A stretch of DNA of 64,000 nt from a virus. A model generated the notes under the pieces. It was not told the origin of the DNA. It saw only the letters and a list, made by a program, of their open reading frames with translations, and did not search any database. The stretch is taken from the IMG/VR virus record IMGVR_UViG_3300030110_002054, positions 1 to 64,000 of that record. The stretch is one strand, 5' to 3'. The translations under genes and the position numbers were made by a program. Below, piece by piece: positions 55,655 to 64,000 of the stretch; position 1 is the stretch's first letter, and the number at the start of each line of letters is the position of its first letter.

Positions 55655-57667
55655 ATGACGTTCATGGATGTTCTTCGTAAAGAAGAAGAAAAAGAAACTG
55701 TAGAAAAACCTACTAGTTCCATCCATGCTGACGTTTGGGATTTATTCGATAGGTATTCCAAGAAATCTAAGGCTATATCTCGACAAGCACTTGAAGATGC
55801 AGATGAAGCATTGCAGACGTTCTTAGATTCTTCACCTGCGGGTGAGCATCCCGAAGAAGGTATGAGATACGACACCTTTGGTGAAATATTAGATGTGACC
55901 AATCTATTCCGAGAATCATTTAGAACTGGTAAAGTAAATTTGAATGCTATAGATGCATCAGAAGAAGCAAGAGAAAAATTTGTCAAAGACATGGAAAAAT
56001 TCTCAAGACGAGCAGAGGACTTAGAAGCAGATTTGTTTGACCAAGCCAGCCAAGAGGATGATGAGGTTGCAGATAAGTATTGGAGACAAAACAAAACTTT
56101 CAAAGATATGATGGCAAAACTTTTCGGAAAGGAACTAGTTCTACAATCTAGAGTTAGGAGAACAGGTAGTGGAGAAGAGGAATACACTACAGTAACGAGT
56201 AAAAACGTAGGAGGAAAGAGTAGTGGAATTCTTGAAAAATTGGTTGCTACTCTTAGAGAACCTGCGTCACCCATACAAGAATCATCTAAGACCCTACAGA
56301 CCCTAATGACTAACGTTGCAAAAAATGGAACGAATGATAGTAGGTCTAAACAACTGATGAAGAAACTTCACAAGAATAATTTCTTTGATAGAAAAACTAC
56401 ATCCAAGATACAGGAGTTCCTATACAATGGTAAATCTCTACCAAAGCATGTTAGAAAACTTCTCATTGAAAGAGAAGCAGAGTGGGAAGGCGATGATTGG
56501 TCTAGTTATCGAATGTATGGAGGTAAGCCTTCTAAAGAATTAATCATAGACATTTTTACCTCACAAGGAATAGGGCGCACGAATGTAGAAGGTGGTAAAG
56601 GACTACGTTCTAAATTAACAAGATATGCTTCCATGAATGTAGATAGCATGATGGAAAGAGTAGAAGGCATCATGTATGATGGAAAGGGAGAAGACTTCCA
56701 CTATCTATTTGACAAGGATTATTCTGACGATATTATTTTTGCAATCTATAGGGTGACTGCAAAACTAGAGTCTCTACTAAGTCGTGCAAAAAAGGGTAGA
56801 GCAGATGTTGGACGAAAAAGCAAAAGAGTTCAAGAAAAAAAAGTACCGGAAGGACTTGAGGTTAACGTTCCCGATGAAGCCTATATCAAACCAGTCTATA
56901 GTGAGATAAACCGACTCCTACGTTTCCTACATTTCCTTCTAGCAGTAAATAAGATAACTGGACAATCACACAGACTCAAGGAACAACGCCTAGAAATAGT
57001 TGACAAGATACAAAAATTTGGAACTAGAAGCAGGGGCCAGTATAAGTTAGAATTTGAAAAACTAGATATCAACGCCATAGATGTAACAGAATCAACTTCC
57101 CCATTCAGAAGCATGATTGCTGCGTATGACAAATACAAACCGAAAAAGAAGGACCGTAAGATTAGTGTTGCTGGGGCTGGAAAAGAATTCCAGTTTGAAG
57201 AAGGGACTTCTAGAGAAGACATCGCAGATAAACTACAAGATGAACTGGCACAAGATTTGAAGCAATTACAAAGCAGACTCAATAGAAGCAAGAAAGAAAA
57301 AACCATTGCGGCGCGTGAACAGGAAATTCAAGCAATCAATAGTTTAATTGCACAATGGAAGCCAAAGACGAAAACTCTAGAGAGAACCAAGTATGAAGAA
57401 CCCGAAGGTCAGCAAAGAATCGCACAACTATTATCTGAAGATAAACAAATGCGAGACAAATTCACAAGAGAAATAGGTTCTGCTCTAAAATTCTTAAAAG
57501 AATCTATAGCAAACAACGAAGAGAAGTTAGAAAGAATCAAAGATAAGAAAGGGCTTGTTGACATAGAAACAGAAAAGAAGATTCGTGCATTGAAGCATAC
57601 GTTGAAATTAACCGAACAAAGTGTCAAGGACTTTAAACTGCCATTCAAGTTGGAGGAATCAGAATGA
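55655..57667 (+). CDS. Large charged hypothetical protein (start MTFMDVLRK)
   Basis: 670 aa with a coiled-coil C-terminus. Confidence 0.75.
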   Translation: MTFMDVLRKEEEKETVEKPTSSIHADVWDLFDRYSKKSKAISRQALEDADEALQTFLDSSPAGEHPEEGMRYDTFGEILDVTNLFRESFRTGKVNLNAIDASEEAREKFVKDMEKFSRRAEDLEADLFDQASQEDDEVADKYWRQNKTFKDMMAKLFGKELVLQSRVRRTGSGEEEYTTVTSKNVGGKSSGILEKLVATLREPASPIQESSKTLQTLMTNVAKNGTNDSRSKQLMKKLHKNNFFDRKTTSKIQEFLYNGKSLPKHVRKLLIEREAEWEGDDWSSYRMYGGKPSKELIIDIFTSQGIGRTNVEGGKGLRSKLTRYASMNVDSMMERVEGIMYDGKGEDFHYLFDKDYSDDIIFAIYRVTAKLESLLSRAKKGRADVGRKSKRVQEKKVPEGLEVNVPDEAYIKPVYSEINRLLRFLHFLLAVNKITGQSHRLKEQRLEIVDKIQKFGTRSRGQYKLEFEKLDINAIDVTESTSPFRSMIAAYDKYKPKKKDRKISVAGAGKEFQFEEGTSREDIADKLQDELAQDLKQLQSRLNRSKKEKTIAAREQEIQAINSLIAQWKPKTKTLERTKYEEPEGQQRIAQLLSEDKQMRDKFTREIGSALKFLKESIANNEEKLERIKDKKGLVDIETEKKIRALKHTLKLTEQSVKDFKLPFKLEESE

Positions 57668-58008
57668 GTTGGCAGGACATTCTCAAAGAATCAGAATTAC
57701 TCTCCAAGATAAAGCCAAAGCAAAAGAAGAAGATTAAGAAACTTCTACAGTCATCTCAGCCTACAGAATATATGGGACAAGATATGACTAAACTAAGTTC
57801 ATTACTATCTGAAATGAAGAAACTTGATTTGGTTAAATCTGATAAGAATCTTCAGAAGAAGTTTGAGGGATTTGACGAAAAGAACTTGGAGATTGTTTCT
57901 TCTGCCGCAGAACTAAGAAAGGACTATGAGACTCTATACAGACAACTAAGGCAAATGGTATATCCAAAGAAGAAAGGAGATTTACAAAACGGAGTTGATG
58001 ATGAATGA
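57664..58008 (+). CDS. WxxILK-motif hypothetical protein
   Basis: Starts MSWQDILKE. Confidence 0.7.
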   Translation: MSWQDILKESELLSKIKPKQKKKIKKLLQSSQPTEYMGQDMTKLSSLLSEMKKLDLVKSDKNLQKKFEGFDEKNLEIVSSAAELRKDYETLYRQLRQMVYPKKKGDLQNGVDDE

Positions 58009-58106
58009 CATTGAATTGGAAACTAAGTCTAAAGGAAGCACTTGAGGGTGATTTCAAAATGATGATAAAGCAAGACGCAGACGGAGAAGGCGAGGAAGAC
58101 GCATGA
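58005..58106 (+). CDS. Microprotein (33 aa, not in ORF track)
   Basis: MTLNWKLSLKEA... with ATGA overlaps on both sides. Confidence 0.5.
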   Translation: MTLNWKLSLKEALEGDFKMMIKQDADGEGEEDA

Positions 58107-58333
58107 CTGATGAAAATGATGAGATAGTCATGCTTCTAAAGGCACTTGTCGATAAGGTAAAGGCTCTTGAAGAAGCCGTTTATCATAAGGACAATCTTCT
58201 CATGAAGTCCGGTTATGTCGTAGTAGATTCTCCCACCCCACAACTAGCCAACAAGACTACTGCTGGCATCACTTCAGCAGTTGGTGATATGAAGTGGGAT
58301 GACATTCACAAGATGGTAGGTGAGATGCAATGA
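58103..58333 (+). CDS. Hypothetical protein
   Basis: C-terminal WDDIH shared with the scaffold C-terminus. Confidence 0.65.
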   Translation: MTDENDEIVMLLKALVDKVKALEEAVYHKDNLLMKSGYVVVDSPTPQLANKTTAGITSAVGDMKWDDIHKMVGEMQ

Positions 58334-58632
58334 ATTGGGAAGGTGTCTTGAAAGAACCACCTATGCCGAACATCTCACCAAAAAGGATATTTGGTGACGA
58401 CAACCCATATACGATGAATGACGGTATGCATGATGCAAGAGCCGATTTAAAAGCAGAAGTGGCCTTAATGAAATCCTATGTTGAAAAACTAGAAGCGGCG
58501 ATGTCAGAAACATCATTAATGGATTTAACTAAGGACAGAATGAATAACATGAGTGATGCGTTAAGCGAAGCAAGTGGAAGAATAAAAATGGCTTTCAAAC
58601 CTACTAGTGTAGGGGCCGCCGGAGAAGCGTAA
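58330..58632 (+). CDS. WxxILK-motif hypothetical protein
   Basis: Starts MNWEGVLKE. Confidence 0.7.
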   Translation: MNWEGVLKEPPMPNISPKRIFGDDNPYTMNDGMHDARADLKAEVALMKSYVEKLEAAMSETSLMDLTKDRMNNMSDALSEASGRIKMAFKPTSVGAAGEA

Positions 58633-58642
58633 GGTGAATAAA

Positions 58643-58852
58643 ATGAGTTGGCAAGATACAATAAAAGCATACGGAATACATGGTCGAAGTGGTGACTATG
58701 GAATGGAACAAGCAGTAAGGGATATGGTCATGCAACTAAATGAAATGGAACATGACATAGAAGATGTTCCTGAAGATAGAAGAAGCGCAGTTCAACAAGC
58801 ATTCGATTCTGCATCAAAGGCACTAGATAATTTGCGAATGGTAATGGGATGA
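58643..58852 (+). CDS. WxxILK-motif hypothetical protein
   Basis: Starts MSWQDTIKA. Confidence 0.7.
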   Translation: MSWQDTIKAYGIHGRSGDYGMEQAVRDMVMQLNEMEHDIEDVPEDRRSAVQQAFDSASKALDNLRMVMG

Positions 58853-58856
58853 TATT

Positions 58857-59183
58857 ATGACATGGGAAAACGTATTGATGAATGGTAGCGTATTGAAGAA
58901 TCAAGCGGTACAACAAGGAAGGCAGAAGTTGTTGGATGCGATAGTGCAACGTTATGGTTTAGATGCATTAGAACAACAGTTTGTTCAAGGGCAAGGACTA
59001 GCCCCTGAGAATCTGTATCAAGGACTTGTTGATTTCATAAGTAGTGGTTCAACATTGGAACAAGCAATTGCAGAAGAGCAACAGGCAATGCAAATGAGCA
59101 TGGAATCTGGGAGAAAACCGGGTGGACTTACACTTGAACAGTATCAAAAAGATATGCAACAACCACAACAACCACAACAATAG
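58857..59183 (+). CDS. WxxIL-motif Gln-rich protein
   Basis: Starts MTWENVL. Confidence 0.7.
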   Translation: MTWENVLMNGSVLKNQAVQQGRQKLLDAIVQRYGLDALEQQFVQGQGLAPENLYQGLVDFISSGSTLEQAIAEEQQAMQMSMESGRKPGGLTLEQYQKDMQQPQQPQQ

Positions 59184-59191
59184 GTGATATT

Positions 59192-59782
59192 ATGCCGGAA
59201 AAAGTAACAAGAGAAGAAAAGCAAGTTGAGTTGGCCATACTAAAGGCTAAGGAGATAATCCAAGAGGCCAAGCATCTAGGAATCCTTGAGTTGGATGAGC
59301 CAGCATTAGGAGAGGACTTCAAGGTAAAGCGACCAAAGAAGAATCCTGCTGAGGTTCCAATTCCAAAGACTAGCAATGTAGAGGGCAAGGAAAAGAAGGA
59401 ATATGGTGGCAAGACGATGAAGAAGGCCATGACCATACTAAAAGCAGTTAAAATTCTAAATGATGCTATTGCCAAGAAATATGGAACCAATACCAAAGAT
59501 ACTGACCCAACAGAAGTTAATCCAGTTTGGGAAGGAGAAGGCGGTGCGCCTGACCAAACAGAAAATGATATTTCTCCTAGAGAGATGCAATCTGTAATAG
59601 ATGAGATTGAGAATGCAATAAATAGTCTAGAACATAACATCCAAGAATTGCAAAGTAGTGGAAAAATGAGTGGTGATATAGCCTCAGAGGTAAATCAGCA
59701 CCATCAAACTCTGAGTAGTTACATTCAAGATTTGAAGGAGTCAACAATGGGGGCGGCGGCTTCACCCCCTCAGCAACCATGA
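59192..59782 (+). CDS. Hypothetical protein
   Basis: 196 aa with internal ILKA motifs. Confidence 0.7.
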   Translation: MPEKVTREEKQVELAILKAKEIIQEAKHLGILELDEPALGEDFKVKRPKKNPAEVPIPKTSNVEGKEKKEYGGKTMKKAMTILKAVKILNDAIAKKYGTNTKDTDPTEVNPVWEGEGGAPDQTENDISPREMQSVIDEIENAINSLEHNIQELQSSGKMSGDIASEVNQHHQTLSSYIQDLKESTMGAAASPPQQP

Positions 59783-59789
59783 GGTGAAT

Positions 59790-62399
59790 ATGCCTCAGTC
59801 CGGTATAGAGTTTGAAAAGAAAGAAAACGCAATGACAAAGCGTGTTCTTGATTTTTTTGAGAGAGTGCGTTATGCATATCTATCTGCTAAGGATGACCCC
59901 GAAGAATACAGAAAGAAATGGGTTAAGGCAATTGAAGACATCAAAGGGGAATTCGATGACATTTCTGATTTCTCTAGAGAATTAAAAGAATACCTAAAGG
60001 AAAAAACACTTTTTTCCGAAGAAGCCAAAGACCCCACTACTAGGCAAGCCAAGGAAGTATATGACTCAATTAAAGAAATGCGATTTGAGTCTAAGGGAGT
60101 TAGTGACCCATTCTCTAAACAGTTAGGTGATGAAGTCATACCCACGCTTTTAGAAAATAAACACACGTTTGCCGCATTCATTCACTATGCAATGCGCTCA
60201 CATTCCAATGCAATACCTGAGAAGGCTTGGCAAAAATACAAATTACCAGCCGATGAACTAACACAGGGATTCATGGGATTAGATTTAGAGGAGCGTGATA
60301 TTCCTCTCTACATTACAGAACACTATGGTAATGATGAAACTGATAGTAGAAGAATCAAAACCAAGTTTAAGGAAGCCTTCAAGATTCTAGAAAAAGTATT
60401 CAATGGTCAATATGAGGAAGAAGATTGGGAGAATCTCGTTGAATTGGATTTACAGAAATCAGAAAAGAGCGCAGATGAAAAAGCAGAAATTGATTTTATC
60501 GTTCCCAACAAGCCAATGTATCGTATCTTTGAGATTGCGGATTTGAAGAAACTCAAGGGGTTCACAGGCGAATGGGTAGTTCAAGAGAAATACGATGGCA
60601 TGAGAATACAAATACACAAGACAGATGGTAATGTGAAAGTTTACTCCTACAATGAAAAGGACATTACTGACAAGTGTAAGAAACAAGTTGCTCAAATGGA
60701 AAAAAAGCAGTTTGGTGATTGTATTCTAGATGCTGAACTATTATTGTTTGATGGTGATGAGGCACTACATCGTGCTGCAACTGTTACCCACATCTTCAAG
60801 AAAGAAACGAAGCATAGTCTAAGAGCGCACGTTTTTGACATAATGAATCACGAAGGAAAGTCTATTGCAGACGAACCACTCAAAGAAAGAATAAACATTC
60901 TCTTCTATCAATATGGTCAACACTCTTCTGAGGATTTGGCATTCCCATCAAAGAAAGATACGCGACTTGCTGATTCTCTTGATGAGGTCGAGGAGTATTC
61001 AAAGAAAATTATGGAAATGCCAACTTCAGAAGGAGTGGTAATCAAGGACATGGAATCAACCTATTACATCGGAAATAGAAAGAACCCGAAGTGGGTTAAG
61101 TGGAAGAAGTTCGTAGACTTAGATGTAATAGTCTTAGATGTCAAGAAAACCAAAAGTAACCTTCATTCCTACTCATTGGGCATAGGGCCACTATCAGGAG
61201 AAGAGACTAGAGAATACAAGACTCAAGAAATTGATGGGAAAGCATACATGCCCGTAGGTAAGGCAATGAATACTAAAACCAAAGTCAAGGTTGGAGACAT
61301 CGTTAGAGTAAAGGTAGATGAGGTCAAGAAAGGAAAGAATGATTTCAAACTAATTTCTGCTCAAGTGATAGAACTACCTGAAGTAGAAACTACTGATAAA
61401 ATTGAGACACTTGAAGAATTAGCCACGAAGACAAAGAAATCCTTAGATTCGGGAATGCACTATGTTTTCGGAGATAAGATAGGCGACTTGTTCAAACCTG
61501 ATACTGGCCTCGATAAAAGTCTCCATATCACCGACCACGTTCATGGCATAGCAGAAGTCATTCTAAAGGGTGAATTGGATGGTTTCACCATTTATGGTTT
61601 CAAGGGTGATTCGCTGATGGCGAAGAATGCTCTTTACGATATTGAAAAATGGAAGGATGACCTTACTGGAATTTTGAAGACAAAGCGTTCTGAATTAAGA
61701 ATAGGCATCCGTAATGAAATCATAGAAAGAGGAAAGCCATTGAACATTGACAAGATAGAAGAATTCGTTGTAACGAACTATCCCAAGACATATGATGAAT
61801 TGTATAATTCTGATGATGGCCGCTTAATGTCATGGCTGAAACAACAGGAAGACCTAATCTATGAGCATCCAAATAAGTTCGATGCCAAGAAGGATGTGCT
61901 TGAGAAGGATGTTGAGATAAAGAAAAGACAAGAGACTAACAAGTTCGATGACAAATCTAGCAACCTCGGTGAATTTTCTGTTGTTCTAACAGATGATAAT
62001 AACCTTAACTTAATTATCAATTACAGAGATAAGAAGATGGCTTGGCTATTGGATATAGAAGATAGTGAAGACATATACAACTTATTTGGTAAGTCAGGTA
62101 AATTCCCTGCTATGGTATTAGACAAAGTGGGAACTGCGAAAAAAACCATAGATAAGGGGGAACTTGAGATAGGGGTACAAAGAAATGGTTATCATGAATA
62201 TAGACTAGATGGCAATAAGTTCCAAACTAGATTGCATATACGAATAGTCCCACTTAATGAGCAAAAAAGATGGTTGGCATGGACTGGAAAGAAACAGGAA
62301 ATGCTAGACCGCAAGGCAGATGATGGTGTTTGGGACATTACTGAAGATAAGTATGCAGATGTAGAGTTACCTCCATCTGAAAACGAAGACGCTAAATAG
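59790..62399 (+). CDS. lig: ATP-dependent DNA ligase with long N- and C-terminal extensions
   Basis: Motif I QEKYDGMR, ILDAE, VFDIM, EGVVIK and WVKWK, plus an OB domain. Confidence 0.9.
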   Translation: MPQSGIEFEKKENAMTKRVLDFFERVRYAYLSAKDDPEEYRKKWVKAIEDIKGEFDDISDFSRELKEYLKEKTLFSEEAKDPTTRQAKEVYDSIKEMRFESKGVSDPFSKQLGDEVIPTLLENKHTFAAFIHYAMRSHSNAIPEKAWQKYKLPADELTQGFMGLDLEERDIPLYITEHYGNDETDSRRIKTKFKEAFKILEKVFNGQYEEEDWENLVELDLQKSEKSADEKAEIDFIVPNKPMYRIFEIADLKKLKGFTGEWVVQEKYDGMRIQIHKTDGNVKVYSYNEKDITDKCKKQVAQMEKKQFGDCILDAELLLFDGDEALHRAATVTHIFKKETKHSLRAHVFDIMNHEGKSIADEPLKERINILFYQYGQHSSEDLAFPSKKDTRLADSLDEVEEYSKKIMEMPTSEGVVIKDMESTYYIGNRKNPKWVKWKKFVDLDVIVLDVKKTKSNLHSYSLGIGPLSGEETREYKTQEIDGKAYMPVGKAMNTKTKVKVGDIVRVKVDEVKKGKNDFKLISAQVIELPEVETTDKIETLEELATKTKKSLDSGMHYVFGDKIGDLFKPDTGLDKSLHITDHVHGIAEVILKGELDGFTIYGFKGDSLMAKNALYDIEKWKDDLTGILKTKRSELRIGIRNEIIERGKPLNIDKIEEFVVTNYPKTYDELYNSDDGRLMSWLKQQEDLIYEHPNKFDAKKDVLEKDVEIKKRQETNKFDDKSSNLGEFSVVLTDDNNLNLIINYRDKKMAWLLDIEDSEDIYNLFGKSGKFPAMVLDKVGTAKKTIDKGELEIGVQRNGYHEYRLDGNKFQTRLHIRIVPLNEQKRWLAWTGKKQEMLDRKADDGVWDITEDKYADVELPPSENEDAK

Positions 62400-62411
62400 T
62401 AAGAAAAAAAG

Positions 62412-63656
62412 GTGGGAGAAGTGTTACTGCAAAAGAAACAACATATAACGGAGGAAAGAAGTGGGAATTTTCAGATTTTAAAGTCTGATAATCTAGTCAT
62501 TGGTGGTTATGCATCCATAGAAATAGTAGACAAACAAAATGACCTAATTACATTAGAAGCACTCTCAGAAGCAGTAACAAAATACATGGAAGACCAAAAA
62601 TTCAGAAATGTAATGTCAAATCATTCAAATGTCCAAGTCGGGGAGGTAATAGAAAAATACCGAGATAAAAACGGAAATCTACACAAAACAGAAGTGGATG
62701 ACGTTGGATTCTATGTAGTAATCAAGATGCGCGATGACATCGAGAAGGCTAAAGAAATCTCAAGAGGTATCAGAAAAGGAACGCTTCGGTCTTTCAGTAT
62801 AGGTGGACAGGCAATCTCAAAGAAGCAAAAGAACAATTCTGAATTTGGACAGTATAATGAAATAGATAAGTTGGAATTACATGAAGTTACTATCTGTGAA
62901 AAGGGGATTAATCCCGAAGCGAAATTCGACATTTTGAAAATGGAGGACAAAAAAATGAGTGATAAACTGGAAAAAGCACTTGGCGAGTTGAATGATTTGG
63001 TAGCCCAAATCGGCGGCATCGACAAGGAAGACGACATAAGAAAGGAAGCGGAGTATATGGACACCGATGAGGAAATGGACGATATGGACATGGACGATGA
63101 GGTAGAAAGCATGGATTCTGAGATGAAGGCTGATGAAGATGCAGAAGCACCCGATGACGAGGAAAAGGCTCTTGACGAGGATGAGACAAGAGAATTTGAG
63201 GCTGGCGAGGAAGTAGTTAGTGGCGGAAAGCCAACTGCTGCACCTGCTGCACTCGGAAACGTCAACAAGGGATTAGAGGCATCTGATTTCCCAACTCTCA
63301 ACTTGACTGCTGAGAATGTCGAGAAGGCATATGAGCAATACAAGGCAGAGCAGTTGGAGAAGAGGGCTTTTGATTCTCTATCCAAGCAGTTTGAGAACAG
63401 ACTGTCCGAAGAACTAGCCGTTAAGAAGGCTAACGCAGAAAGAGCAGAGTACGATGCTCGGACTGATGTTGCTGGTCTAAAGGCAGAGTTCGCAGAACTA
63501 AGGAAGTCCCTCTCCGAGAAGGATACTGAGATTCGCAAGGCAAGGGAAGTAGCATTTAGCCTTCCTGAAGGAGTACCCACCGATACTGAGGCTGCGGCTG
63601 AAGTTTCATGGGATGATATCCACACCTTTGCAAGAAACATGAACAGGAGTGATTGA
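62412..63656 (+). CDS. HK97-type prohead protease fused to acidic coiled-coil scaffold
   Basis: IGGYAS..VDKQND, H.N..VG, FSIGG and LHEVT.C..G.NP.A. D/E-rich coiled-coil C-terminal half. Confidence 0.9.
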   Translation: MGEVLLQKKQHITEERSGNFQILKSDNLVIGGYASIEIVDKQNDLITLEALSEAVTKYMEDQKFRNVMSNHSNVQVGEVIEKYRDKNGNLHKTEVDDVGFYVVIKMRDDIEKAKEISRGIRKGTLRSFSIGGQAISKKQKNNSEFGQYNEIDKLELHEVTICEKGINPEAKFDILKMEDKKMSDKLEKALGELNDLVAQIGGIDKEDDIRKEAEYMDTDEEMDDMDMDDEVESMDSEMKADEDAEAPDDEEKALDEDETREFEAGEEVVSGGKPTAAPAALGNVNKGLEASDFPTLNLTAENVEKAYEQYKAEQLEKRAFDSLSKQFENRLSEELAVKKANAERAEYDARTDVAGLKAEFAELRKSLSEKDTEIRKAREVAFSLPEGVPTDTEAAAEVSWDDIHTFARNMNRSD

Positions 63657-63658
63657 AA

Positions 63659-64000
63659 ATGACAGGATATATACGAACGATGAAAGATTTGGAAGCCGCA
63701 ACATACGGCGTCCGTGGCGAGAATGGTAATGCCCTGCTAAAGGCTGGTGGCGTTGTTGGGGGTTTCGGAACTCCTCACGATGCTGGTTCCAACCCTTTTA
63801 CAGCGGCTACTGGTCTAGGTGACCTATACAACCTGCTTTATGGGCAGAAAGTTTGGTCGATGCTAAACCAAGAGGTAAACCCTCTCTCAATGATTGCAAA
63901 GAGGCCATACACCTCATCAGGTTGGAGAGTTCTAAAGGCTCGACCAATGGGTGGTAGCGGTTCTGCTTTCACAGTAGGGTCTAACGATGTAACGAAGACC
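63659..64000 (+). CDS. Major capsid protein (3'-truncated; not in ORF track)
   Basis: MTGYIRTMKDLE...ALLKA...YGQKVWSMLNQE.N...KRPY.SSGWRV resembles halovirus/magrovirus HK97-fold MCP N-termini. Follows the protease gene. Confidence 0.8.
   Translation, partial: MTGYIRTMKDLEAATYGVRGENGNALLKAGGVVGGFGTPHDAGSNPFTAATGLGDLYNLLYGQKVWSMLNQEVNPLSMIAKRPYTSSGWRVLKARPMGGSGSAFTVGSNDVTKT

Noticed and set aside
62711-63640. Long antisense ORFs (e.g. 62711..63640, 705..1370, 55651..56274, 17293..17931, 27618..28391)
   Set aside because: Ser/Leu-rich shadows of genuine genes on the opposite strand.

Overview
This 64 kb window is part of the genome of a tailed (HK97-fold) archaeal virus. Its gene set (thermosome, PolB, clamp and RFC, archaeo-eukaryotic primase, XPF, TFB-like protein, terminase, portal, prohead protease, halovirus-like capsid protein) most resembles the 'magroviruses' linked to Marine Group II Poseidoniales. 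That assignment comes from recognising motifs, not from a database search. Layout: (i) 1-2831 (+), end of a tail-fibre module; (ii) 2828-35173 (-), replication, repair and accessory arm, including an HMG-CoA-lyase-like metabolic gene and four copies of a 23-bp TATA-containing motif; (iii) 35174-36260, a 1.1-kb non-coding strand switch with many hairpins and an AT-rich origin-like part; (iv) 36261-39707, five gene cassettes separated by six ACCATATGG(T/C)-centred sites; (v) 39781-64000 (+), packaging and head module with many ORFs that start with an M-x-W-x-x-[IV]-L-K motif. The main candidate novelty is (iv). The arms of the separator sites pair best across each cassette rather than within each site, so each cassette has its own imperfect terminal inverted repeats plus its own promoter-like and terminator-like elements. 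This pattern is expected of excisable or shufflable cassettes (an integron-like array) in an archaeal virus. No recombinase was recognised in the window, and I found no tRNA, rRNA or CRISPR array.
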